Origin: Balanoglossus misakiensis
Lineage: Eukaryota; Animalia; Hemichordata
DNA length: 64,000 bases
Assembly (NCBI GenBank): GCA_040954595.2
Contig: CM082580.2
Coordinates: forward strand, 12,820,142-12,884,141
Direction: 5' to 3'
In this document: piece after piece, positions 13,888 through 26,500 of the stretch
Layout of the letters: every line of letters starts with the position of its first letter
Numbering within the stretch: the first letter of the stretch is position 1
Notes under the pieces: model-generated
What the model saw: only the letters and a program-made list of their open reading frames with translations
What the model was told of the DNA's origin: nothing
The model's database searches: none
Position numbers and translations under genes: made by a program

Positions 13888-16800
13888 ATGGGTCGCAAAG
13901 TAACATTAGCAACATGTTCTCTCAATCAGTGGGCAATGGACTTTGAAGGAAACTTGGAAAGAATCCTTAAAAGTAAGTAAGAAGCTTCCACATAACCCAC
14001 TCAGAAGGGAAAGACATTTTTGTGTGTCAGGGGTACAGGTGTACTTGATGCTCAGGAGTCAGAGGGCAAGCTGTTGTTTCCCAAATGTACACATGTTTAT
14101 CCTTCCCTTTTTTGTGACCATTTTATGTTCGTTTCAGGTATTGAGATAGCCAAGGCCAAGGGGGCAAGATACAGACTTGGACCTGAGCTGGAAATATGGT
14201 AAAAATCACGTTGTGTAGAAGAACTATAGTTGGTATTGAGAAATTGTAATGCATGTTCAGTGGGCAGTGTGACACGAAAAGAACTGCATACATACTGGCA
14301 ATTACCTAGTTGCCAGCCAAACAAAAGTGGTATTTTTTCCCAGGTGATATTTTACACTGACAACTTACTTAACCCTCTCACCCCCAGTTCCCTCTTTAGA
14401 GGTCCAACCTTACCATAGAAAACAATGGGTTTGGACTGAACCATGGTGGTGAAAGGGTTAATTGTAAGTAGATGACTAATCATCTCTATCCACACTTTCA
14501 GTGGTTACAGCTGTGAGGACCACTTCCATGAGCCGGACACCTGTCTGCATTCATTCCAAGTTTTGGCAAAACTGCTGCAGTCTCCTGTAACGCAAGACAT
14601 CATCTGTGATGTGGGCATGTAAGTGATAAGCAAAAGTTTTGTCTCATTCATTGATGTGTCTTTCCTGTAGAACAATCTTTTGAATGACTCTATTGTAATG
14701 CCAAAAGTCAAGGTTAAGGTATATTTATCCATCTGTTACAGGCCAGTCATGCATAAGAATGTGATCTACAACTGTCGAGTAATTTTCCTCAACAAGTAAG
14801 TGAATTTCAAGATATTTACTAGGTGTATGGATAATGTTTGGAAAATGTTGTACATGTATGCCTACATGTTTATATGGTACATGTATCTCTCTCTTTCTGC
14901 AGGAAGATTCTGCTGATTAGACCAAAGATTGATCTCTGCAACGAGGGAAATTATAGGGAATTGCGATGGTTTAAAGGTTGGGCCAAGATTCGGACTGTGG
15001 AAGATTATTACCTCCCGAGAATGATATCTGAAATCACTGGCCAGGTAGGTTACATCGAGCATTTACATCTAAGTGTCTAACTGTCTGTTGATACATTTAC
15101 CACAGCAATAAAGACTGAATATGTATATAATTATCATCACACAAGACAGATTAAGACATTAATTCTCGGTAGTTCAAAATGTATCTGATAAACCTTCTGT
15201 ATTTTCCCCATCAGAGAACTGTACCCATAGGTGATGGAGTTCTATCAACTCTCGATACTTGCATTGGATCTGAAATATGTGAAGAACTGTGGACATCCAG
15301 AAGGTGTGGGATGAAGTACTCATTCAGATAAAAAAATGCATACATAGACAATTTTACTGAGCTCCCTGTGTCGAGTACCTGACTCTGATCTTGTTTCTTT
15401 GCAGTCCACATGTTGCAATGAGCCTTGACGGTGTGGAGATAATCACAAACGCCAGCGGAAGTCACCATGAACTGAGGAAGGCATACCAGAAAGTCGACCT
15501 CATCAAATCTGCAATGGAAAAGGTAATTGAGCTTGCTGCAACTAAGTGCAGTTCAAACACTGACAAGGCAAACATATCCCGACATATTGTAGCAGTGTGT
15601 TTGACGTGAATATGAAACAATTTCATTGCATGTTGCGTTGCAGTGCGGTGGGATTTACATGTTTTCCAACCTGAAGGGATGTGATGGGGAGCGAGTGTAC
15701 TTTGATGGAGGAAGCATGATTTGCATGAATGGGAAGATTGCTGTGCAAGGAGAACAGTTTTCAGTCAATGAAGTGGTGAGTACTCTCCACAATATACCAC
15801 TTTTTGAAATCCATGTAATTTTGGCAGTGCACCTTAATTATGCTATTACAGTACATACAATGTTGATGTATATGCAAGTGAAGACTCAATCAGTGGCATT
15901 TGGTGATTTTTTGTGCATCTGTTAATTCAGTCATCTTTGTTTGCAGGAGGTGTGCACCGCAGTGCTGGATTTAGAAGACGTGAGATCTTTCAGAGGACAT
16001 TTCTCCAGTAGATCTATGCAGGTAAACAAACAACTGTCTCTGTCATTTGTCAATAGTTGATCGATTAATTACCAGTTTTAAATGCAGGATTACTTTGCTT
16101 GTTGCAGGCTACCAAGGCAGAAACCTATCCCAGGATTCAAGTGGATTTCTCCCTGTCACTAGAGGGCGATATAGCACTACCCACGTTTGAACCAATAATA
16201 TGGAAGTATTGTACCGTACCCGAAGAAATAGCTTCTGGACCGGCCTGTTGGCTGTGGGATTATCTGCGAAGAAGTGGCCAGGTTTGGTGTCAGATTATTG
16301 TTGATGTTTAAAATTCCAGATTTGAATGATTATATGTTTCAACATACACCACTATCCATCCCCAGTTTCATGATGATATATTTGCAAATACATGTAATAG
16401 AATTCTGTCTTTCAGTATTTGTTCTTGTAACCTGATGATAAAATTATTAAAACATTAACTATATGATGTGCATGTTTCTGTGCCCAGGGTGGATTTTTCT
16501 TACCACTGAGTGGCGGCGTTGACAGTTCTGCTACAGCGTGTATGGTTGCCTCGATGTGCCATATTGTGTGTGATGCAGTCAGGAATGGAAGTAAGTTCAC
16601 CACTGTTAATTAAAAGGACAATAAACATTTTAAAAGTTTGGATCATAATTGACCTGTATGGTGTCATGTGTTTCGGAAGGTGACCCTAACCCTTTCCTGC
16701 TATAATAGAGAGTATATGTGATAACTAAATATTGTGAACATATTTCTTCCAGATGCTGATGTTCTCAGTGATGTGCGCAGGATTGTTGGAGACACCAATT

Positions 16801-19222
16801 ATACACCAACCGGTCCGAGAGAATTGGCCGGTAGGTTGTTCACCACCTGTTACATGGGGACAGTCAATTCATCAGAGTTTACACGGCAACGAGCAAAACA
16901 GTTGGCAGAGGAGATCGGAAGGTGAGTGCTGAATGATTTTGATTATCACCACTGCTGAGGAAGTGAACAATAAGTAAATAGGTCAACCGGCCTCCACTCC
17001 TTGAAAAGTTCCTAAATCTCGGTGATGTGTAGGCTTTTTCTCTCTCTCCAGTTACCATCTGGGGATCACCATAGACACGGCGGTCAGTGCAGTGGTCGGC
17101 ATTTTCTCCACTGTCACTGGAAAGTCACCAAAGTTCAAAGTTCATGGCGGAGGTGTCAGAGAGAATTTAGCCCTACAGAATGTCCAGGTACTGTTTTGAA
17201 AATCTACTCAATTTATGGCTTGGTATCCTTCCTTGAGTTTTGATTTGTCTAGAAATGTGTCAAAACAAAATTGTTGGGCCCCCCTCCAAGCTAAAGGAAT
17301 TGGGTTTTTAGCCCAAGTTTGACATTACCATTGCATTTACACGGTGTGTGTTAATACCAACGATATCTTGATCTGTTTTGTGTTTGTTTTCAGGCTCGCA
17401 TGAGGATGTTGCTGTCGTATCTCTTTGCTCAGTTAAGTCTGTGGTCACGAGGGTTGAGTGGAGGTTTGTTGGTCTTGGGATCTGCCAATGTTGATGAAAG
17501 GTATCTGTTTCTCCATGGAAAATATGCAAAGTTGTTTGTTCATGTGTCTTCTCTTGTCTGTCCCATGTTGACTGCAGTTCATTGAGAATAGCACGAAAAT
17601 CAAGTCTGTGATTTTGTGAAAATTTCTTGATGGTTACATTGCTTTTTCCTTCAGTCTGCGAGGTTACTTAACCAAATATGATTGCTCAAGCGCTGACATC
17701 AATCCGATCGGTGGTATCAGTAAGACTGACCTCAGGAAATTCATCATCTACGCCCGGGATAAGTTCAACTTGCCTTCGTTGAATACGTAAGTCGAACTTT
17801 AGAAAGATTCCACCAGCCATGGCAGTTCGAAGTCGTAGCAAAGTTACTTGCAGAGTGAAATGTGATGATCTTGTGGTGTGTTCTCAGGATGGTAGATTAT
17901 TCCTCCGGAATAGATTTTCAGTGAAGTTCTTTGTTTTTGCAGTATCTTGAGTGCGCCTCCAACTGCAGAACTAGAACCGCTCGCTGCTGGACAAATCGCT
18001 CAAACTGATGAGGTAGGTTGGAAATAAGAGTGGGAACACTGGTTTCTATGAATATTAGTTTTGGGTTCTGGGACAGTTATCTCTTGTTATCTTGTGTTTG
18101 TATCATACAGGAAGACATGGGAATGACGTATGATGAGCTATCAGTCTATGGAAGGCTGCGGAAGATGGCCAAGTGTGGCCCATACAGCATGTTCTGTAAG
18201 CTGATTCACCAGTGGAAGGACACCTGCACTCCACGACAGGTAGGACATACAATGTTTTAAAAGCTTGATTGTTTTCAGAGAATGAGCAATCACCTCACAC
18301 GGTTCACCATATGACTTTTGAATTCACCTAGGTGGCCAGCAAAGTGAAACTCTTCTTCCGGGGCTATTCGATCAATCGGCACAAGATGACTACACTGACA
18401 CCGTCGTACCATGCAGAGTCCTACAGTCCTGATGACAACCGTTTCGATCTACGCCAGTTTCTCTACAACGTGAAGTGGCCCTGGCAGTTCCACTACATCG
18501 ATGAACAGGTATTCAAGCAAATTAATTTTTTCTGAGTGTTTGTGAAAAATCTATGCAACAGTAAGGATGGCCTGTCAGCATTGATGCACAATGAAAGATT
18601 GACTTAATTTACAGGAGATGGTTTTTAAGGCTGAAAGGTATGGAGCGTTATGATAGATTTTCAAAGTTTACGTCGCCAAAGTCTTAATACATGTTGATTG
18701 CTATTTTAGGTGAAAAAGCTTGAGGAGGTAGAGGGGCGGAAAGATGGAAGTGGTTTCCAAGGAAACATGGCCCATGGTAACAAAGACGCAGAAGATGGTG
18801 ATGGCAGAGGTGGGCCAGGTAGTCATAGCAACCAAGGGAAAGGGCAAAAGGAAAGCAGACTCCAACAAAGCAGGAACCTGGGAACAGAGAGTGGGATTGT
18901 TGTTCCCATGGAAATGGATGTGAGCGATAGTGTAACATCATCCGCCTTTGAAACAAACAACTCCGATGATGCTTTCTCCAGGCCGTACGCAACAGGTTTC
19001 AAAGGAAGAAAGCGATGTGCAAGTGCCATGGAGGGCGATTTAGGACTCACAGATCAGCTGAAGTCCCTGGCGTCCAAGAAACGACGCTCCATTTCCGGAA
19101 TCAAAAGATCAGCAAGTCTGAGAAGCAGCGACAGTGATGACAGCACGAAGTGGTGGAAGCCATGGACGTGGAAGACACCAAATAAAAACAAAGTCATACG
19201 GATGACACCAGCGTATGTGTGA
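13888..19222 (+). CDS. NADSYN1: Glutamine-dependent NAD(+) synthetase (nitrilase-like glutaminase plus synthetase domain), ~20 exons
   Basis: [167 protein letters not shown]; canonical splice sites; TGA at 19220-19222. Confidence 0.97.
14373..14457. mobile_element. 85-bp non-autonomous MITE, piggyBac-type, copy 1 (NADSYN1 intron)
   Basis: TTAA|CCCTCTCACC...GGTGAAAGGG|TTAA: terminal inverted repeats with TTAA on both sides; near-identical inverted copy at 31800-31884. Confidence 0.8.
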
Positions 19223-19439
19223 AATGACTGGATCAGAAGCTGAAATGGCTGGTTCAGGTCTCCTTCATGTATATGCACATGTACGACTGTCAAATTATCC
19301 GGGAAAATGTTTATTAGTATGTATGTATACTGTGTATGTGTGTATGTATATGTAAAGTAAGGATAGCTGGAGAAACGATAGGTGGTATTATCGCTACTAC
19401 ATTGTATCGTGAGTCACTGGACTCATCAGGAGACTAAAC

Positions 19440-19476
19440 CGTATGTACCAGTATGTATGTATGTATGTATGTATGT
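19440..19476. repeat. (GTAT)n microsatellite downstream of the NADSYN1 stop
   Basis: gtatgtatgtatgtatgtatgtatgt with an imperfect leading unit. Confidence 0.8.
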
Positions 19477-21340
19477 GGGATTATCCAAATTGCAATAATC
19501 CTTATTTGCTACAGGGGTGTATACTTTTTGTTGATGTTAGAGCTTTGGTACCCACAATTAGGCAATAAAATTGTTGTCGGAGCGCCCTCACACGACTGAA
19601 TCTTTTAATCTACGTGGTCATTTGAAATCAGGTGATGGCGCAGGTGTGGTTAATCTTCGAATATAAAACATTATTTGTAACAGGTAAACGTTCCTTTTGT
19701 GAGCTGGTGTGACGTCATGGATTTCTAGTACTTTTCAATTATTCCAGAAGCTTTGTCCATGCTCCAGCGTTTGGGAAGTTCAAATTGACAGTTCATACAC
19801 CAAGGGAAAGAAAGTAACTTGCGCATGTAGTCTCCGGTTGTGGTAAGATTTTTTCACAAACTTGTCTCAGTTCGATTGGCTCCTTACTTCGTGCCACGAT
19901 CTGACCCTATAGCTAGGACATGCTCTGACCCTCCCAGGTCTCTTAAAATCGTCGTGTAAATGCATCATGTATTTTACAGTCGCCATACACATCATTACCC
20001 GCGTGACCTAACATAACATGACATTTTGCATAAACAGAAGCTGGTTTATTGGAGACCCAGATCTAGATTTCGGCGTCCCGGGGTGAACTCTGTCGTCCCC
20101 AGCTTAAAAGTAGTAGTTTTCTGGGCAGTCATCGAGATCTGCTGGTGTTGCTATAGGGATATCATAGCGATAGCGTCGAGCGGAGAAGATTGCGGTCCAT
20201 AACTGTATGTCTGTTGGCTCTGCTCTGGTAAATATTACCTGGAGAGCAATACCAATCAACGTTAGACTTTGGGTTTATTTATCCGAGATGGTCGTCCGAT
20301 ACGCGTAGCGGTCAAATGCGACACTCGAACTCATCACTCTTGCGTCGTGTCTTCTTGTACGGTGACTCCTGGACTGATTTGCTCGAAGTGAACAGTTGGT
20401 CCAGTTCGAGCAGTTTCGAAACCAACTTACGCGCCAGTTGAAGGGCAGATTACCCAGCGGTATACCGCACTGATGCGTCAATTTTTGACAAAATACAAAT
20501 CCTTCTATCAGTCGTTGGTCACGGATAGTTGATTTTGCAGGTAAGGGATTACCTTTTGTGGGAGAACACTGGAATTCACTGGAATCTCACTCGACATGGC
20601 CTAAATTGACAATTCAATAATTTGTTAAACTCTGGCCTTAATCCGTATAACTGTTCAATCATGCTGTAATAGCACTGCTGGGTATTTATTTGCTTCTAAA
20701 AAGTAATACCTGCCAGTGGTAACGTAAATGTTTCAAAGCTGGTCGGATTTGACCTTGATCCTGTCACGATTTTATTAACTCTGTTTGTCGCTTTATAAAC
20801 AAACCCATGATGTATGTTGGTCAAAGTTCTCGGATATACCATATGGAGTTATTACTGGGTGGGGATGGGGCCACGGTCTCCGCAGGAGCTTCTATGAATA
20901 AATTTAATCCCTTCATAGATTACGCAGGAGGGGGACATTCGCATCATGGTGCATTTAAAGATGAATTCAGCATTCCTTGCATTGTTTTCCGAGATTTCTC
21001 GCGCTTTTCTGGTGATCACCATTGACAGCCATTCCAACGTAACGGTATTAATTGTATAGAAAACCCCAGAAAAAAATAAGCTGTTAACATTATTCCCAGC
21101 ATCACTTAGACATGCCCTTTGTGCAGGCTCACAGATTCCCCTCTATTGTTTTTGTCAAAGTCTCTTGTGTTCCGTCCACAATAGGTGCATCCAAGGGAGA
21201 AATCAGAGCCCCGCTACATCCTTCGTGTACCTTGACAGGTCTTTTTGTGTATATGCATGGGAATCTAGTTTAGCTCCAGCAGAGTGTTAAATTGTCCTTT
21301 CCTAATCCTCTCCAGCTAATACTTGGAACGGGTCACAAGA

Positions 21341-22050
21341 ATGGAGTACCAGCAACGGGGAGAAATGTCCGACTCGGCGGCTTTGAGCGCGGCGTCGTTG
21401 CTCATTCTCGATCACCAGCTTTCGCAGAAACTTCAGGTAGAAGATGTCATCAGGTTTGTCAATCAAGACTCTTCTAGAGTTTGCAATGGTTTGCTTTTGT
21501 ATGTGTAATATTAGGTGCGCAGTCGCGACGCCGCGATGTACGCTTCGATCAACTGGAATCGAACTGTACAGTTGTGTATGAATTTTTGGCGAGTTTTCCC
21601 CCAAGCAAATTCAGGTGTTTCTAAATCAAATGCTCTCTTCAGAAACACCAGACACAAATAGTTTAGTCTATAAACTTACTATCGACAATACAGTGAATGG
21701 ACTTGGGGTTCCAGTAGAACGGTCACAACGACGACAAAGGCGTGGTACGTTTTTAACAGTATAAAAGTTTCTGAATTCCGGGCAGGTTCCCATGCATATT
21801 GAAGAAATCAACGTTCTGTCGCATTTACAGATACTTGAGCACAAGCAGGATTCTGTCGTCGGACGAGGTCCGTTATGTCACTGATGGTGCCACGGAGAAA
21901 ATTCGACGGGATCGCCTGCTCGCCAAACTGCGGCTTAGCGGCGTGTATGGCTACTGGTCACTGCGGGAAGCCATGTCGGTATACGGACAAAAATATGCCA
22001 GTCTGGTGCAAGCGATAGACAACACGCTGCCGGTGTCTCGTAAATATTAA
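21341..22050 (+). CDS. Small (~110 aa) death-fold, CARD-like single-domain protein; exons 21341-21453 and 21831-22050
   Basis: AG|GT...AG|A splice gives MEYQQRGEMSDSAALSAASLLILDHQLSQKLQVEDVIRYLSTSRILSSDEVRYVTDGATEKIRRDRLLAKLRLSGVYGYWSLREAMSVYGQKYASLVQAIDNTLPVSRKY. The hydrophobic spacing (L..L.V..VI.YL....IL...E...; R...LL..L...G..GY..L.EA) resembles CARD domains. Confidence 0.7.
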
Positions 22051-23506
22051 GTGATAAGCTCAGCTTCTAGGAAAGGATTCGTTTGTGATTCAGAAAGGAC
22101 ACTTGTTTCAGTGCTCATCGATTACATGGATCAGAAATGTAATACATTTAGTGACGTTTTGCACAGTCTCTAAGTGATCTGGACCAAAACATACTCGATG
22201 CAAATTGTCAGGTAGCTTGCTGTCGAATTTTTCAACCTGTTTCGCGTCGCGGACGGCGAAGAACATTATTGTTGGTCGTTTGACCTGCAGGGTATTCTTG
22301 GGGGTTATGGGTACACGTAAGCTCTACTTAGCTTAGAACTTGCAATGAAATGACAGAGGTATTTTACTCGTTCAATGGTTGCTCATTCCAAAACACACGT
22401 GCCCAAGGGCCCGATCTATCAGCGGTGTGGGCCAGTGCACAGCCCATTCACAGCGCCCTCTGTTGTGTGCCATGTGTGACTATATAGTGCTGATTTTATT
22501 TGACAGAATGTCGATCAACCATATGTTTTATCAGATCATATTTTAGCAGTAAACAGAATGTTTAGGTATAAAGTTCATCGAATGACGAAGAAGGCAAATA
22601 TTTGAACGAGACAACTGTTTACCGTATAAATACACTGAATCTTGTTTTTGCATTTGATTCTGTACAGTACGTGTATTCAAACTGAACGCGACTGTGGAAT
22701 TGTTTGCTTCGTTGCATGACGACACATAACATGCATCTTTTTGACGCGAATCTAATATTATTGTTTCACACCAAACTGGTCATTTAAAAGATATGAAATT
22801 TGAAATCAATACGACACATGACACACGAATATGATGATTACTTATAATGAATTTTATTCAGATTTTTAAACAGCACTTAGTCATGTGTATGTATTGCAGA
22901 AAGTATACAACTATAAAAATCTCATTAAAATGAATTTGAAAAACGTATTAATACTGGTACCAACAATTAACAGGAAATATTTTCATAAAAAACTACTGAG
23001 TCGTTTTTCATTTAAAAGTGTTGGCAGAGATCTTAAATTTACTTATAAATGACGCATTACATGTAAATGAGGAGGATTTCAGAAAGGCGGTGACGAACAG
23101 TGATCCACATGAAAGATGGCCGCCTGGACGGTTCGGGATTCGACACGCATCGTGCCCTTCTGGTGTCCAGAGTAAAAGCAGTCATTACATGGATATCCGA
23201 ATAATGTCGGGTTAGGCCACATCAAACAATAATATGAATTATTAATGTTGGGGCAAGACTTTATAGACAACGCTCTGTTATATACGGGCAGGGCGAAGCG
23301 TTAGTACATGTATATTCAAATGCTGACACTTTGGTCTATATTATGCTATGTTCACCAGAGTAGCGTGGTTATAGAGGCAGTGACTGAATGATATGGCCTC
23401 AGAAATACCATGGCAACACAACACCGCTTTGTCGAAGCTCCATTTGCTCTAACTTTGGGGTATTTTTCAGTATTCTTAATAGGACATAAAATTGTAAAAA
23501 TTGCCC

Positions 23507-26500
23507 TTAAATTTGTGTCTCCGGGCAAATGTCTAGAATTTCATCTTTGTCTGTAAGGAAACTGTCCTGTGTAGGAGTGATGCTGAGCCCCGCAGCCGAG
23601 ATTTTGACTTTAGTCCTGGGTATGTCCAAAGCACACGATGACTTGGCTATGAAAATGTCCGAGTCGTCCTCTTCGCCCTCTAGAGACGGTTCCCCGGGCA
23701 TCCCTTCGTCTGCGTTGGATTTCGTTTTCTCCGTGAAGTAATCCTCGTTGAAATTCAACTCGGATTCCGATCGTCCAGACACGTGTCTTTCCAGGGTGCA
23801 GCGACCTTTCTTCGGGGTCGCATCGATGTCTTCTTCTTCATCGCCGTTGATAGTCATGCTTTCCATGGCTAACGTTGTCGTGCCTGCGGCGAAGACATCC
23901 GCGTCGCCGCCCAGCGAACTGGCGCCGTCATCGTCGTCGAGGGTTGCTTGAGACCCAAAGTCACTGGTACCACAGCCTATAGCAGAAATAAATGAGGTAA
24001 AATGTTTAAGTGCTATGTTTTGAATTTCTGCCCACTTTCTGAGTGTCTTTGCCGGTCGTGTGTGCGTTTTATTCTAAGAGTAAAATGTTCATAGCTAGAA
24101 GGCGCTTTATAACCACGCCCTCTGGTTTTGGATGTTGTCTGCGCCACAAGAACAAAATGCCCACTCACTGGATTCGACTTCAAAATTGATCTCCAAGCTG
24201 GATTCGTCGCTCTCCGCGCCCACACCGACACCTCGCGGTCCATCAGGGAGTTTGAATTCCCTGCTGTAGTGGATTTCGTCTGAGATTTGTTCAAGGAGCT
24301 TCAGTGAGTTTGCGTACTTCTTTTTGGCGCTGATGACTGCTTTCTGCAATTCCACCACGTTCTGCTTCTGCTGCTGAAGTTGTGACGACCCCTCCGCCCT
24401 CAGTTCGAAGTAGGGCCTGGAAAAGGGACGATATATCCACAGTTAACTTGGGGATCAAAAATTGAACTTGAAACGTTACAGTATAAACTACTGGCTTCTC
24501 TAAAGGCTGGTAACAGTTTTGATACACACACGATGAAAATCGGTGTAATTCATTTTTCACAGCGCCCTCCTCTTACTGCACAAAACTTACTTCGATTTGG
24601 ATATCGTTCTCTTCAGTTTCTTTGAAAGCTGGTTGACATTCGCGCACGCTTCGGCGAACTTTTCCGATTTCAGCTTGTGTTCTTCCTCGCTCTTCGACTT
24701 CTCTCGTTCCGCATCCATCACCTGCGAAAGTATACAAACAGATGTTTGAAATATGGCGGCGGTTGTCCTGTGGTGATGGTGGTGGTGGTGGTGATGATGA
24801 TAGTGGTAGTGGTGTCTGTGGAGGGGGATTGCACCATAAATTCATTCACCTTTATCGTGGCGTGATTCAACATCTCCTGCCAAGCAGTGTCGAAACATCT
24901 TTCCGGGTCGCTGAGAAGTCGTTCCTCTGCCAGCTGTATGGTTTCCCTGGCAGCCCTGTGTACTCCGGACGCTTGCTGGTACTTCCTCGCCGCTTGCTGC
25001 GCTTCCACTTGAGCCTAACAAAATACATAGAGTACACTTGACTGTTTACACAGTATAGCTTTAATATTTGTTCAATTTTACACCCTTGACCAGAAGACAA
25101 GGCGTTTCAAATATCCAGGGACGAAAAACAGACCTGTGAACAAGGTTTAAATTAACAAACAACAGGGGCGCGAGGTTTTTATTTATATTCCACGATGCGA
25201 CAAAATACTTCACCTTGCATAGGAAAGACCTGTACATGTAGCGCAGAATGCGAGCAGGTTGAACGTTTCGTTGCTCGAGTTTTCAATTTCCTGCTAAATA
25301 TTCCGTGGTACAAAAATAGCTATTTATAAATTGTAAATTTGGGGAATTCCTTAAATTGGACACTTTACATCTACATGCCAGTGTTATCTCTAATGGGTAT
25401 TGATAAATACAGGTGAACTGTCAGATAACCCCCGACAATGCAATTACGATCCGGGTATCAACGGTGAAGCATTGTCGTTTGTCACGCAAAAACACAATAA
25501 ACGATATCAAACAAAGGCATTGTCACGTTGGTATGGGGAAATATAAAATTCCTTGGCACGATTGGCTCGGGCTATGTATTCGCTTTGACCTTTTGCAAGT
25601 TAGATGACCGAGGATACGGAACTACGTATAAAGGACGCAAAGGCGGATATATATCTTTAGAAAAGAAGGATGTTTTCTATTACAGAATAAGTTTACTAAA
25701 ATCATTATATTCAACGCAAGAAAGGTCAGGAAACAAACTATTTTACGAAAAGATAGAAATCAAGAAACGTCTGGCTCAATGTATTATTGTAATTCATCAA
25801 AAAGAGACAGAATTTCGGCTTGTTAAAACCGGTCAGAAGATTGTATTGTCAAACTTAGTTATTAACTGTCAATTCACACATACCTCGCCAACCACCTTCA
25901 CGGCTTCATAATAGGGTCTTGCTTTCCGAACAGTCCGTTTATTTTTCTGAGCGAAAAGGTTGAGTTTCTGTGTGAACATCGTCTGGGTTTGTCGAAACTT
26001 TGCTCTGGCCTCCTGGAATATATGAAGGTCAAAGGAAGGTCAGGGAAAAGCGAAGGTCAATGTCAGGCTAAATTTTCAGTTAATCAGCTCACGTCTCATT
26101 ATAAGACACGGAAGCATATATTTCAAAATATAATGAAAAGATATAGCTAGAACAAACAAACCGATTTATTCTGTCAGTTCAAAATCAATTACTTCGTGGT
26201 AATACTTACATCAAGTTCATTTTCGAGCCTGTTAATTTCATCAGTCGAAGCATTCAACTGGTCCAGTTCAGCCTGAAATAAGCAAGTGCACAGAATTATG
26301 CCTAAGCAAACATATAGCACAATTATGACGTGTTCGCACAACATATGATCATGTTCATGTAAGTGTTTGATATTTGATATAGACAGAGCAAGTGAAAACG
26401 AATATACGCCCTAAAGACAGGTCTCCGGTTCACGCGATATCGGAGTCGGTCTTCGCAGTGACCTTGGTCTCCTTATATATTTAGGTTACCGGAAAGATGA

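Noticed and set aside
22451-22466. CTCF-like motif cagcgccctctgttg (similar at ~24560 and ~28460)
   Set aside because: Short motif matches cannot be supported without a PWM scan or ChIP data.
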